A stretch of DNA of 64,000 nt, taken from assembly GCA_040081625.1 (NCBI GenBank), contig JBEBGD010000011.1:1-64000 (forward strand), given 5' to 3'. A program made the translations under genes and the position numbers. The notes beneath the pieces were generated by a model. That model did not search any database and was not told where the DNA came from. It saw nothing but the letters and a program-made list of their open reading frames with translations. This DNA comes from Chthoniobacteraceae bacterium (GTDB lineage: Bacteria; Verrucomicrobiota; Verrucomicrobiia; Chthoniobacterales; Chthoniobacteraceae). Every line of letters starts with the position of its first letter. The first letter of the stretch is position 1. This document shows positions 30,401-39,535 of this stretch, piece after piece.

Positions 30401-30712
30401 CGAGCCGCGCTCGACGGCGAGTCGCTGGATGTCGAACCCCGCGCCGTCAGCTCGCGCGCGCAAAGTGTCCACGCCGCCAGCCTCCGGCTCGCGCACATGC
30501 ACGAGCAACCCGCTCGCCTTCGCCAGCGCGACGGGCAGATCGCCATCGCTGCCGAGCACCGCGCACACGCCACGCGTCATGTCCGCGCGTTTCAGCAAGG
30601 CCTGGGCGAGCGCGCCGTCATCGCCGGGGGGCGGCGCGGCTTGCAATAGAGACGCCGCGAGCAGCGGCGCCGCCGCAACGAGGCGGGAACAAAAACAGCA
30701 GATGAGTTTCAT
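27479..30712 (-). CDS. PVC-type protein: N-terminal methyltransferase-like domain plus two PQQ-like beta-propellers
   Basis: LPYTENSVDLVV...EVLRALRPEG; repeated A.D..TG..RW blades; DWPTYRGN. Confidence 0.8.
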   Translation of the reverse strand: MKLICCFCSRLVAAAPLLAASLLQAAPPPGDDGALAQALLKRADMTRGVCAVLGSDGDLPVALAKASGLLVHVREPEAGGVDTLRARADGAGFDIQRLAVERGSLDRLPYTENSVDLVVSTRADAAFLKSLKAGEVLRALRPEGTAIIGATGAAEDALADWARSGVGERVTTWNDAHGAWVQFFKPVLKGAADWSHWEKSPDNNPVSDDQVIKAPYMTQFMETPYYIGMPAVTTAAGGRTFLAIGHIAHHEREWETLGRVMARNGYNGAVLWERKLPEGYLVHRSAFIATRETFFMIDGSRCLLLDPATGREKGEIRIPGVDGDLKWIALKDGVLYAMSGPTDPPAETVKGDRALGGWSWADLSKLYYEKRIPHGYGNVIAAYQLKDKYVIWKHNEKTPIDSRGLAILQDRLFLYCPDHHLRSLSTTSGSIVWTADDKETLKLIEEPGKGLISTPGWRTETMMVATPKALVIQGQTHMNVVAISTENGKQLWQKKKITNNPNAIYVDGKVIVGVGPGGRNVALDPVSGEQVEDLGFTKRACTRLTASTDSFFCRGEGMIRFDRETREVSIDGSARPACNDGVIPANGLIYLGPWSCDCNLSLIGAIARTSAGDFKFDHQATTAARLEKSPGADEVKPLPITERDWPTYRGNNNRSGSSPVRIGGVAQQWHYKPARTTVPTEATAAGGLLFFGGEDGRARAVDAAKGELRWTFQTAGIVKYPPTIADGRAYFGSGDGHVYCLEATSGRLLWRFRAAPIERHLMIYGAMSSTWPVNTGVLVHEGVAYFAAGIVDHDGTYVYALDAKTGDIRWQNNSSGHLNATQRKGISAQGNLTIHGKTLLFAGGNVISPAGFDLKTGECLEKSRDQNQPQANGGKFVGVFSNDYVLAGGRILYSSPLNVETKGSFAVWSGDRRSHTLNYGGIPPVWNDQMFAVINFKYGNIAAFDTAKLSGAVARGLQQQTDRPGPFQSNLVTVMNTRKEERWLSRLNNVNKFEAVALALTPDAVLTVARYQELSRARPLWFLVGLAPEDGRTMFQHELPGDPLPDGLLVDRDGRVVVSLVDGGLVSFGPRPRSAGL

Positions 30713-30899
30713 TGGAATCCAGAGGTGGAGTGGAGGGCTGTGAACCGACGGTGGTTCACGGAAGTGGGGCATTCTTTGCCCCGGTCGCGGGTGGGCCAAC
30801 TAAACAACCGGGCGGTCCATCCCGGCGAATCCATTGACCGCACACCGGCGAGCGGCGGAAGACGGAGTGCGCACGACATCGCTCGCACCGAAATGCTCG

Positions 30900-32321
30900 C
30901 TACCGCAGCGGCGTGGGGAGGAAATCCCAATCGAGCACCATCTTCTCGGTGAGCGCGCGCTTGAGTTCGGTTTCGGCGTCCTTGTATTTCGGATTGTCGG
31001 CGAGGTTGCGCAGCTCGCCGGGATCGGCGTCGAGATCGTAGAGCTCGAAGGTCGGGCGCGGCGCGGTGAAGTAGGCGCGCACGAACTCGGGCCCGAGCTG
31101 GCCGGCGGCGTTCGCGGCTTTCATCTGCTGCCAGCCGGGGTCCTGCTGGCTGTCCACCGGCGCGACGGCGCCGTGCGGCGTGCAGTTGTAGATGAGCTTG
31201 AATCGATCGGAGCGCGCACAACGGGCGAGGTCGAAAGTGGAGGCGAGCACATCGGGCTTCATGCTGCCGTCTCCGCCGTGCGGGCCGCGTTCGGCGAAGA
31301 TGAACTTGCGCGGCTCGAACGCCTCCCCGCGCAGCAGCTTCGCGTAGCTCACGCCGCTCATCTCCTTCGGCGGCTTCACGCCCGCGGCTTCGAGCATCGT
31401 GGGCGCGAAGTCTTCACCCGAGACGAGCGCCTTCGTCACCGCGCCCGACTTCACCACGCCGGGCCAGCGCACGAGCAGCGGCACGGCGATGCCGGGATCG
31501 TGCAGCGCGCCCTTGCCGTGAGGCAGCGCCATGCCGTTGTCGCCCATGAAGACGACGAGCGTGTTCGTCTCGAGGCCGCGCGCCTTTAGCACATCGAGCA
31601 CGGTCTGCACGTCGGCGTCGAGGTGCTCGATCTCGGCGAGGTAACGCGCGAGGTCTTCGCGCACGCCGGGCAGGTCGGGCAGGTGCGGCGGGAGTGTGAG
31701 CGACTTCGGATCGATCGCGCCACGCGGCCCTTGCGTGCTCCACACATGGTGCGGGTCGGAGAAGCCGAGCCAGAAAAACCACGGTTTGTCCCTCGGCGCC
31801 GCGTCGAGAAACGCGGTGAGCTTGCCGCCGAAATTGCTCATGCCGCCGGTCTTCTCGACGTAGTCCACGCGACCCTTGAAGGTGCGGAGGTTGTGCTCGT
31901 CCATCACGCGACCGAGTTCGGGAGCCGCGCGTTTTCCGCCGCCCGACGGACCGTCGAGGTGGTAGCTGCGCCCGGCGACGCCGGTGAAGTAACCGGCCTT
32001 CGAGCGCAGCAAGTCGGGGAGCGCCGGCACGTCGGACGGCAGCGGCGAAGTGAAGCGCACCATGCGCACCGCGACCGGCGAGCGCCCGGTCATCAGCGCC
32101 GCGCGCGACGGCACGCACTGCGGACAGCTCACAAACATCCGGTCGAACCGCATTCCCTCGCTCGCGAGCCGGTCTAGGTTCGGCGTCCGCAGGTCCTTGT
32201 TCCCGTAGCAACTGAGATACGGGTAGCTGTGATCGTCGCTGAGCAGGAAAAGGATGTTCGGCTTGTCTGCCGCACTCGCGGCGAGCGCGATGAAGAGCAG
32301 GAGAACGAGGACTCGATGCAT
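30900..32321 (-). CDS. Sulfatase (sulfamidase-like)
   Basis: PNILFLLSDD; CVPSR; GDNG. Confidence 0.93.
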   Translation of the reverse strand: MHRVLVLLLFIALAASAADKPNILFLLSDDHSYPYLSCYGNKDLRTPNLDRLASEGMRFDRMFVSCPQCVPSRAALMTGRSPVAVRMVRFTSPLPSDVPALPDLLRSKAGYFTGVAGRSYHLDGPSGGGKRAAPELGRVMDEHNLRTFKGRVDYVEKTGGMSNFGGKLTAFLDAAPRDKPWFFWLGFSDPHHVWSTQGPRGAIDPKSLTLPPHLPDLPGVREDLARYLAEIEHLDADVQTVLDVLKARGLETNTLVVFMGDNGMALPHGKGALHDPGIAVPLLVRWPGVVKSGAVTKALVSGEDFAPTMLEAAGVKPPKEMSGVSYAKLLRGEAFEPRKFIFAERGPHGGDGSMKPDVLASTFDLARCARSDRFKLIYNCTPHGAVAPVDSQQDPGWQQMKAANAAGQLGPEFVRAYFTAPRPTFELYDLDADPGELRNLADNPKYKDAETELKRALTEKMVLDWDFLPTPLR

Positions 32322-32328
32322 GGCTTCG

Positions 32329-33795
32329 CTACTGGTTGGCGGGACGTTTCGCGGCGCGTGCGCTCGGCTTCGCGGGATCGAAGCCGGGGTTGGTCGTTGG
32401 GAATTTCGCCCCGACATCCTTTTGCCAGGCGTGCAATTCGGCGCGCAACGCTTTCACGCGCTCGGGTTCGCGCGCGGCGAGGTCGGTCTTCTCGCCGGTG
32501 TCGCTCGCGAGGTTGAATAGCTCCACGCGGTGATCCTCGAACCACTCGATGAGCTTCCAGTCGCCGCGACGGATCGCAGCGCCGGGCGCGCCGCCTTGAT
32601 TGCCGTAATGCGGGTAATGCCAGAACAGCGCGCGCTCGGGCCATGGGCCGTTGTCGAAGATCGGCGCGGCATTGCGGCCATCGAGCTCCGGCGTCGGCTT
32701 CACGCCCGCCGCAGCGAGCAGCGTCGGCACGAAGTCGGGGCTCGAGACCGGCGTGTCGATCACCATCCCCGCGCGCACCGCGCCCGGCCAGCGGACGAGT
32801 AGCGGCTCGCGGATGCCGCCTTCGTAGAGCCAGCCTTTGCCGGCACGCAGCGGGAGGTTCGAGGTCGGCCAGCCTTCGCTCGTCGAGAGGCCGCCATTGT
32901 CGCTGGTGAAAACCACGATCGTCTTTTCGCGCAGCCCGTTCGCATCGAGCGCGTCGAGCACCTTGCCGACGGCAAGATCCATCGCCTCGACCATCGCCGC
33001 GTAAACGGCGTGCTCCTGCACCAGCCGCACATCGCGTTCGCCCTCGCGCGCCCACTTCGCCTCGAGCCCGAGCCGCTTTCGCTTCTCCTCGTATTTCTTC
33101 TTCAAATCTTCGCGCGCGATCAGCGGCGTGTGGACCGAGTAGAACGGCAGATAGACGAGGAACGGCGACGCCTTGTTTGCGGCGATGAACTTCGCCGCCT
33201 CGCTCGCGAGCCGGTCGGGCAGATGCTCGCCGTCCGGCCCGTCCTCGAGGCGCGGATTGCCGTAGGGCGAGAAATACTTCTTCCCGCCGTATGGCCCGCC
33301 GCGATCGATGCCGCCTTTGTTCACGTCGAAGCCCTGATCCTCCGGCCAGCGCCCCTCGGGCCCGAGGTGCCATTTGCCCGCGAAGAACGTCGCGTAGCCC
33401 GCGGGCTTGAGCGCCTCGGCGAGCGTCGTCTCGCTGAGCGCGAGTTCGACGGAGTAGGGCGCGGGCAGCAGCTTGGTGTTGCGGTTCCATTTCTCCGGCT
33501 GCGCCGCGCCGATGTAATCCGTGACGCCCGTGCGCTGCGGATACTTGCCCGTGAGCAGGCTCGCACGCGTCGGCGAGCAGACCGGGCACGCCGCATACGC
33601 GCTGGTGAAGCGCGCGCCGTCTTTCGCGAGCCGGTCGAGATTCGGCGTCTCGTAGAACGTGCTGCCGTAGCAGCCGAGGTCCGCCCAGCCGAGATCGTCC
33701 GCGACGAAGAACACGATGTTCGGTTTGTCGGCGGCTGATGTTCCGAACGTGAGGAGGCACGCTGCGAGTGCGAGTAGGGCGATGCGGAGTTTCAT
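32329..33795 (-). CDS. Sulfatase (GalNAc-6-sulfatase/arylsulfatase-like)
   Basis: PNIVFFVADDLG; CSPTR; GKWHLG; SDNGG; FWHYPHY. Confidence 0.95.
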   Translation of the reverse strand: MKLRIALLALAACLLTFGTSAADKPNIVFFVADDLGWADLGCYGSTFYETPNLDRLAKDGARFTSAYAACPVCSPTRASLLTGKYPQRTGVTDYIGAAQPEKWNRNTKLLPAPYSVELALSETTLAEALKPAGYATFFAGKWHLGPEGRWPEDQGFDVNKGGIDRGGPYGGKKYFSPYGNPRLEDGPDGEHLPDRLASEAAKFIAANKASPFLVYLPFYSVHTPLIAREDLKKKYEEKRKRLGLEAKWAREGERDVRLVQEHAVYAAMVEAMDLAVGKVLDALDANGLREKTIVVFTSDNGGLSTSEGWPTSNLPLRAGKGWLYEGGIREPLLVRWPGAVRAGMVIDTPVSSPDFVPTLLAAAGVKPTPELDGRNAAPIFDNGPWPERALFWHYPHYGNQGGAPGAAIRRGDWKLIEWFEDHRVELFNLASDTGEKTDLAAREPERVKALRAELHAWQKDVGAKFPTTNPGFDPAKPSARAAKRPANQ

Positions 33796-33804
33796 GGGGA
33801 AAGT

Positions 33805-35037
33805 TTAGCGACGGGGAAGGTGCGGATTCTCATACCAGATCACACCGAGTCCATCGCGTTCCTCGCAGGTGATCACGTCGAGATCGCCGTCGCCGTCGAG
33901 GTCGAGCGTCTGCATGAGATCATACTTCAGCCCGTCGGGACCGCCGAGCGTGCGCTGGCGCCACGGCGCGCCCGCGCGTTGTTCGAGCCAGACGATGCCC
34001 TCGAGTTTTCCCTTCGCATTTTCGCAGGTGAAAAGGAGATCGGGCAGGCCGTCGAGATTTACGTCGGCGATCTTCACGGCCTTCGCGTCGCCGATGTTTG
34101 TGCCGTCGAGTTGGATGACTCGCTCCTCCCACGCGCCACCCGCGCGCCGGAGAAAGAGGAAGATCGAAGCCGGTTTCGTGGCCGCGGCCACGTCGGCGAG
34201 CCCATCGCCGTTCACATCGCCGATGTCCGCAAACATCACCTCGCGCCCGAGCGCGCCGATGGCGTGTTCCTTCCATGGCGCGTTCGTCGCGTTCGCGGCG
34301 GCGCCGGGATTTTCGAGCCAGAAGACGCCGGAGCGCGCGCCTTTGCGGTCGGTGAAAGCGGCATCGCTGTCGCCGTCGCCGTCCACGTCGTGTGGCGTGA
34401 GCGTCATCACCCAGCCGGCATCGCGCAGCTTGTGAAATCGCCAGTCAGCCAGCGCGCGATGCGCGGGCGGCGCTTGCAGCCAGCCGACCGCCGCGCCCGT
34501 GCCTTTCGATGCGAGCAGCAGGTCGCCGCCATGCTGCCCGTCGATCTGCACCGCCGCGGCCTGCATCCACATCTGCGCGTTCTCGGTCGCCGGAAATGCG
34601 CTCGTGCTCCAGCGCTCCGGGCTCAGCAATTCGTCGGGCGAACCGGCGAAGCGATGCCAATACAGCGTCCGCGTTTTGCCCTCGGTGCCGCTCACCACTT
34701 CCAGCCGCCCGTCGCCGTCGAGATCGGCAAAGATCGCCTCCTCGACGTTGCCCACGTTGCCGACCGTGACGCGCGGCCACGCGTCGCGGGACTTTGCCGG
34801 GCCGGGATTCAGATACACGCGCACCTCGCCGCCTTGTTCCCAACCCGTGGCGACATCCTGCAAGCCGTCGCCGTTGATATCGCCGAGCTTCACGCCATCC
34901 GCGCCCCGCGAAGTGTCGTCGATCGTGTGCCGTTTCCACAGCGTCCCCGGCGCGAGTTCGACCTCCGTCGTTGTCGGCGATTCCGCGCCGACGAGCGCGG
35001 CGGAAAGGACGATCGCGAGAAAGAGTTTCGTGAGCAC
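33805..35037 (-). CDS. Secreted FG-GAP/VCBS-repeat beta-propeller protein
   Basis: Multiple DxDGDG repeats (DINGDGLQD, DLDGDGRLE, DVDGDGDSD, DLDGDGDLD). Confidence 0.88.
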   Translation of the reverse strand: MLTKLFLAIVLSAALVGAESPTTTEVELAPGTLWKRHTIDDTSRGADGVKLGDINGDGLQDVATGWEQGGEVRVYLNPGPAKSRDAWPRVTVGNVGNVEEAIFADLDGDGRLEVVSGTEGKTRTLYWHRFAGSPDELLSPERWSTSAFPATENAQMWMQAAAVQIDGQHGGDLLLASKGTGAAVGWLQAPPAHRALADWRFHKLRDAGWVMTLTPHDVDGDGDSDAAFTDRKGARSGVFWLENPGAAANATNAPWKEHAIGALGREVMFADIGDVNGDGLADVAAATKPASIFLFLRRAGGAWEERVIQLDGTNIGDAKAVKIADVNLDGLPDLLFTCENAKGKLEGIVWLEQRAGAPWRQRTLGGPDGLKYDLMQTLDLDGDGDLDVITCEERDGLGVIWYENPHLPRR

Positions 35038-35043
35038 GCCGGC

Positions 35044-36384
35044 TTACTGCGCGGCAGCCTTGAGTTCCGCGAAGCGAGCGCGCATCGCTGTGAGTTGCTT
35101 CGCGTGCACGGGGTCGCGGGCGAGATCGTTTTCCTCGCTCGGATCGGCTCGGAGATCGAAGAGCTGCTCGTGCTCGAAGTCCGGCCAGAGCATGTATTTC
35201 CAGTCCTTGCGCACAAGCGCCTGCGACGCGGGGATCACGTCTTTCGCCTTCACCACGGCGTGCTCGTAAAAGAACTCCGTGCGCCACGCGGGCTTTTGCG
35301 CGGCGATGTAGAGCGGCGCGAAATCGCGGCCCTGCATCCCGCCCGGCGCGGCGATGCCTGTGGCCGCGAGGATCGTCGGCGCGAGGTCCACGTTGAGCGT
35401 GAAGTCGTCGTTTGCGCCGCCGCGCTTCGCCGCCGCCATGCGTGGATCGCGCACGATCAGCGGCACGCGGATGCTCTCTTGATGCGGATACCACTTATCA
35501 GCGAGCCCGTGCTCGGCGTGGAAGTAGCCGTTGTCCGTCGTGAAGATCACGAGCGTGTTGTCGAGCACGCCCTGCTTCTTCAACTCCGCGACTACGCGCC
35601 CGCAGACCGCGTCCACCTCGGTCGCGAGGCGGTAGTAGTTCTTCATCATCTCCTGGTGCTTCTCCGGCGTGTCGAAGCGCCAGTGCCAGCGCACGCGGCC
35701 TTCGTTCTTCTCGTTCGCGATGAAAGGCGGGAGCCGCTTGAAAGATTCGTCGGTCGCGTTCTTCGCGACGGGGATCGTCACGTCGCGATACAGCGACATG
35801 CTCTCCGGCTGCGGCAGGAACTGCTTCGGGTTCCGGTCCTCCGCGTGCGTGGCGAAGAACGCGAGCGTGAGGCAGAACGGCTTGTCTGCCGGCCGCTCGC
35901 GCAGAAACTCCAGCGCGTCGTTCTCGTTCTTTTTCGTGACGTGAATCTGTGAGCCGTCCGGCTGTTTGATCCAGTGTGTGCCCGAGTAGGAGCGCCCGAA
36001 GTCGAAGTGCTCCGCGGGAAATTTCCCGTTGTGCCATTTTCCGATGTGCCCGGTGAAGTATCCCTTCCCGCGCAGCAGCCCCGGATACGTCTCCGTCCAC
36101 GGCGTCTTGAACTCGCTGAAGGCGAGGTTTCCATGCCGCGACATCCATTGCCCGGTGAAAAGCGTCGCGCGGCTCACGCCGCAGATCGACGTGGTCACGC
36201 AATTGCGCGTGAAGCGGAAGCCCTCGCGCGCGAGCTGGTCGAGGTGCGGCGTCTTCACGACCGGATTACCCGCGCAGCCGAGCGTATCGTGCCGCCAGTC
36301 GTCGGCGTAGAGCACGACGACGTTTAGCGGTTTCGTGTTCGCGGCGGACGCGGCGGAGCCGAGCAACAGCACGGCGCAGAGCAC
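35044..36384 (-). CDS. Sulfatase with variant CGVSR motif (start uncertain: GTG 36384 or ATT 36405)
   Basis: [24 protein letters not shown]; no in-frame ATG near the signal peptide. Confidence 0.88.
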   Translation of the reverse strand: MLCAVLLLGSAASAANTKPLNVVVLYADDWRHDTLGCAGNPVVKTPHLDQLAREGFRFTRNCVTTSICGVSRATLFTGQWMSRHGNLAFSEFKTPWTETYPGLLRGKGYFTGHIGKWHNGKFPAEHFDFGRSYSGTHWIKQPDGSQIHVTKKNENDALEFLRERPADKPFCLTLAFFATHAEDRNPKQFLPQPESMSLYRDVTIPVAKNATDESFKRLPPFIANEKNEGRVRWHWRFDTPEKHQEMMKNYYRLATEVDAVCGRVVAELKKQGVLDNTLVIFTTDNGYFHAEHGLADKWYPHQESIRVPLIVRDPRMAAAKRGGANDDFTLNVDLAPTILAATGIAAPGGMQGRDFAPLYIAAQKPAWRTEFFYEHAVVKAKDVIPASQALVRKDWKYMLWPDFEHEQLFDLRADPSEENDLARDPVHAKQLTAMRARFAELKAAAQ

Positions 36385-36415
36385 CCGCTGGACGGCGATC
36401 CAAATGGAGCCGGCG

Positions 36416-37984
36416 CTACTTTTGCGGAGCCTTGGCTCGCGGCTTTGCAGGCGCGGGCTCGGGAGGAGTGGGGAGGTTGTCATTGGGTTGATGGGAAAAG
36501 CGCCACGGATCGTTGAGCCGGCGCATCTCTGCGAGCAGCGCAGCTTCCATCTCGGCGAGCTTGGCGGCGTGTTTCGGATCGGCGGCGAGATTCGTCTGCA
36601 TCGGGTCGGCCTTGCCGTGCTCCTTGAGAAACTCGTTCGGATTCGCAACAAGGTTGAAGAGCTGTGTCTCACGCGCCGTGCCGTCCTTCGACTCATACTT
36701 GATGAGCTTCCAGTCGCCGACTCTCACACAGCGCATGCCCGGACGCGCGCCGCCGGCATGGACGCCGTAGAGCACATCACGAACGGATTGCGCCTTCCCT
36801 TCGAGCACGGGCTTCATGCTGATCCCTTCATTGGTTTTAGGCGCAGGGATACCCGCGAGATCGCACAACGTCGCGAGCACATCGAGGAGGTAGATGTTCC
36901 CCGGCGCGCGACTGCCCGGCTTGATTCCGGGACCTTTGACGATGAATGGCACGCGCCACGAGTGCTCGTAGAGATTCTGTTTTCCCTGCAAGCCGTGGCG
37001 ACCGATCGCGATGCCGTGGTCGGACGTGTAGAAGATGTAGGTGTTCTCGAGTTCGCCCATCGCTTCGAGCTTCGCGAGCACCTTGGCGATCTGGATGTCG
37101 ATGTTCTCCGAGCAGGCCATGTAGCGGCCGATCTCGTTACGGATCGTCACCTCATCGCGGCGCGCCCACACACCTTCGACCTGCGTTTCGTCGCGCTGAT
37201 CGGCGGCCAGCGTATTCGCAAACGGATGCGCGGGCAGGTAGTTCGCCGGCAGCGGAGGTTGCTTTGCGTTCGCCGGCGGAAGGGTGTTCGGGTCGGTGTG
37301 ATTCACCGCGCCGTATTTCGCCAGCAGCTCGGGCCTGCCGGTTCGCGGATCGTGCGGGTGAGTGAAACCGAAGTAGATGAGGAAGGGATCGGCGTCCTTT
37401 GCGGCTTCGCGCTCGTTCAGGTAATCGAGCACCTGCGTCGCGTGCCACGGGCTGCCGGTTTCGTCGGTGACGCCATACTTCGACGCATCGCGCCGGACGG
37501 TGAACTTCTGGTTCGCGAGTTCGTAGCTGTTGCCGGCTTTGCACGTGCGCATCGTGTCGTAGCCGCCGCGATTGAAGACCGCCGCCATCGTGTGCTCCGC
37601 CAGATCGGGCGGAACGAGCGCGGGATTGTTCGTGTGCGGATTAAAACCGCGCCCGCTGCTGTCCGGGATGTGCCACAGCGTGCGCCCGGACATGACCATG
37701 TGCCGCGAAGGCGTGCATACGGCGCTCATCCACGCGCCCATGAGATATGCCGCGTCGAAGACCATGCCCTGCGCGGCGAGCCGATCGATCGCGGGCGTCT
37801 CGAGCGGCGACGCGGGGTCGTAGGCGCGGAGTTCCAGCGGCGATTGGTCATCGACGATGATGAACAGGATGTTCGGCCGGCGCTTCTCCGCGGCGTGCGC
37901 CGGTTGGCAGATGCACAGCGCTGCGAGGAGAAGTGAACACGCCAGATGCGCGAAGCGGTGCGTGGGGAAGGACGACGATGTCAT
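36416..37984 (-). CDS. Sulfatase (choline-sulfatase-like), tandem paralog A
   Basis: [32 protein letters not shown]. Confidence 0.95.
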   Translation of the reverse strand: MTSSSFPTHRFAHLACSLLLAALCICQPAHAAEKRRPNILFIIVDDQSPLELRAYDPASPLETPAIDRLAAQGMVFDAAYLMGAWMSAVCTPSRHMVMSGRTLWHIPDSSGRGFNPHTNNPALVPPDLAEHTMAAVFNRGGYDTMRTCKAGNSYELANQKFTVRRDASKYGVTDETGSPWHATQVLDYLNEREAAKDADPFLIYFGFTHPHDPRTGRPELLAKYGAVNHTDPNTLPPANAKQPPLPANYLPAHPFANTLAADQRDETQVEGVWARRDEVTIRNEIGRYMACSENIDIQIAKVLAKLEAMGELENTYIFYTSDHGIAIGRHGLQGKQNLYEHSWRVPFIVKGPGIKPGSRAPGNIYLLDVLATLCDLAGIPAPKTNEGISMKPVLEGKAQSVRDVLYGVHAGGARPGMRCVRVGDWKLIKYESKDGTARETQLFNLVANPNEFLKEHGKADPMQTNLAADPKHAAKLAEMEAALLAEMRRLNDPWRFSHQPNDNLPTPPEPAPAKPRAKAPQK

Positions 37985-38005
37985 GGGCGAAGTGTGGGCA
38001 TCGTT

Positions 38006-39535
38006 CTATTTCTGTGCCTTCTTCGCCTTGGGCTTCCTTTCCCGCGGCGCGGCTTCGGTCGGCGGAGTCAGGCCGTCATCCGGCTGGTTCCAGAAACGAT
38101 ACGGATCATTGAGGCGGCGCATCTCGGCCAGCAGCAGCGCTTCCATCTCGTTGAGTTTGTCCGCGTGTTTCGGATCACCGGCGAGGTTCGTCTGCATCGG
38201 GTCGGCCTTGCCATGCTCTTTGAGGAGCTCATCCGGGTTGGCCGCGAGGTTGAATAGCTGCGTCTCATGCACGGTCCCGTTCATGCCGTCGTATTTGATC
38301 AGCTTCCAATCGCCCTGCTTCACGCAGCGCATCCCCGGCTTGGTGCCGCCGCAATACGCGCCGTATTGCACATCGCGCACGGCGTCCGTCTTGCCTTCCA
38401 GCACCGGCTTGAAGCTGATTCCCTCGCTACTTTCCGGCGCCGCGATTCCGGCGACGTCGCAAAGCGTGGCGACGGTATCGAGCAGGTAGATGTTACCGGT
38501 CGCGCGTGTGCCGGGCTTGATGCCGGGGCCCTTCGCGATGAACGGCACGCGCCAGGTGTGCTCGTAGAGATTCTGTTTCCCCTGCAAGCCGTGACGCCCG
38601 ATCGCCATGCCGTGATCGGCGGTGTAGAAGATGTAGGTATTGTCGAGTTCGCCCATGGCTTCGAGCTTCGCGAGCACGCGACCGATCTGGATGTCGATGT
38701 TCTCGCTGCACGCAAACTCGCGGCCGATCTCATTGCGAACGGTCGCCTCATCGCGGTTCTTCCACATGCCGCTGACGGACACCTCGTCGCGCACATCGGC
38801 GTGCGTGTTGTTGAAGGGATGCTTGGGCAGGTAGTTCGCCGGCAACTCCGGCTGCTTCGGGTTCACCGGCGGCAGCGACTTCGGGTCGGCGTGATTGGTG
38901 GCGCCGTATTTTTCCAGCAGCTCGGGCCGGCCATCGCGCGTGTCGTGCGGATGCGAAAAGCCGAAGTAGATCAGAAAGGGATCGGCGTCCTTTTTCGCCT
39001 CGCGCCCGGCGAGGTAATTCATCACCTGATCGCCATGCCAGGTGCTGCCGCTCTCGTCGGTGCCGCCGCGCTTGGTGGCATCGCGAACGACCGTGAACTG
39101 CTTATTGGCTCCGGCGTAGGAGTTGCCGTTCTTGCAGGTGCGCATCGTGTCGTAACCGGCGCGATTGAACACCGCGGCGAGCGTATTCTGCTCCAGGTTG
39201 GGCGGGCAGTGGCCCTTCGCTCCGGGCCCGATCGGCAGATGCCACAGCGTGCGCCCGCTCATGATCATGTGCCGCGAAGGCGTGCATACACCGCCGATAA
39301 ACGCGCCCATGTGCCGCGCCGAGTCGAAGACCATGCCCTCCGCCGCCAGCTTGTCGATGTTCGGCGACTGCAAGGCTGACTTCGGATTGTAGAACCTGAA
39401 ATCAAACGGCGACTGGTCATCGACGATGATGAACAAAATGTTCGGCCGGCGCTTCTCCGCGGCAGTCGCCGATTCGAGAAGGCAGCACGATGACAGGATC
39501 AGCGCGACGATGGAGAATCGGAGGAGGCGGTTCAT
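38006..39535 (-). CDS. Sulfatase (choline-sulfatase-like), tandem paralog B
   Basis: [32 protein letters not shown]. Confidence 0.95.
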   Translation of the reverse strand: MNRLLRFSIVALILSSCCLLESATAAEKRRPNILFIIVDDQSPFDFRFYNPKSALQSPNIDKLAAEGMVFDSARHMGAFIGGVCTPSRHMIMSGRTLWHLPIGPGAKGHCPPNLEQNTLAAVFNRAGYDTMRTCKNGNSYAGANKQFTVVRDATKRGGTDESGSTWHGDQVMNYLAGREAKKDADPFLIYFGFSHPHDTRDGRPELLEKYGATNHADPKSLPPVNPKQPELPANYLPKHPFNNTHADVRDEVSVSGMWKNRDEATVRNEIGREFACSENIDIQIGRVLAKLEAMGELDNTYIFYTADHGMAIGRHGLQGKQNLYEHTWRVPFIAKGPGIKPGTRATGNIYLLDTVATLCDVAGIAAPESSEGISFKPVLEGKTDAVRDVQYGAYCGGTKPGMRCVKQGDWKLIKYDGMNGTVHETQLFNLAANPDELLKEHGKADPMQTNLAGDPKHADKLNEMEALLLAEMRRLNDPYRFWNQPDDGLTPPTEAAPRERKPKAKKAQK

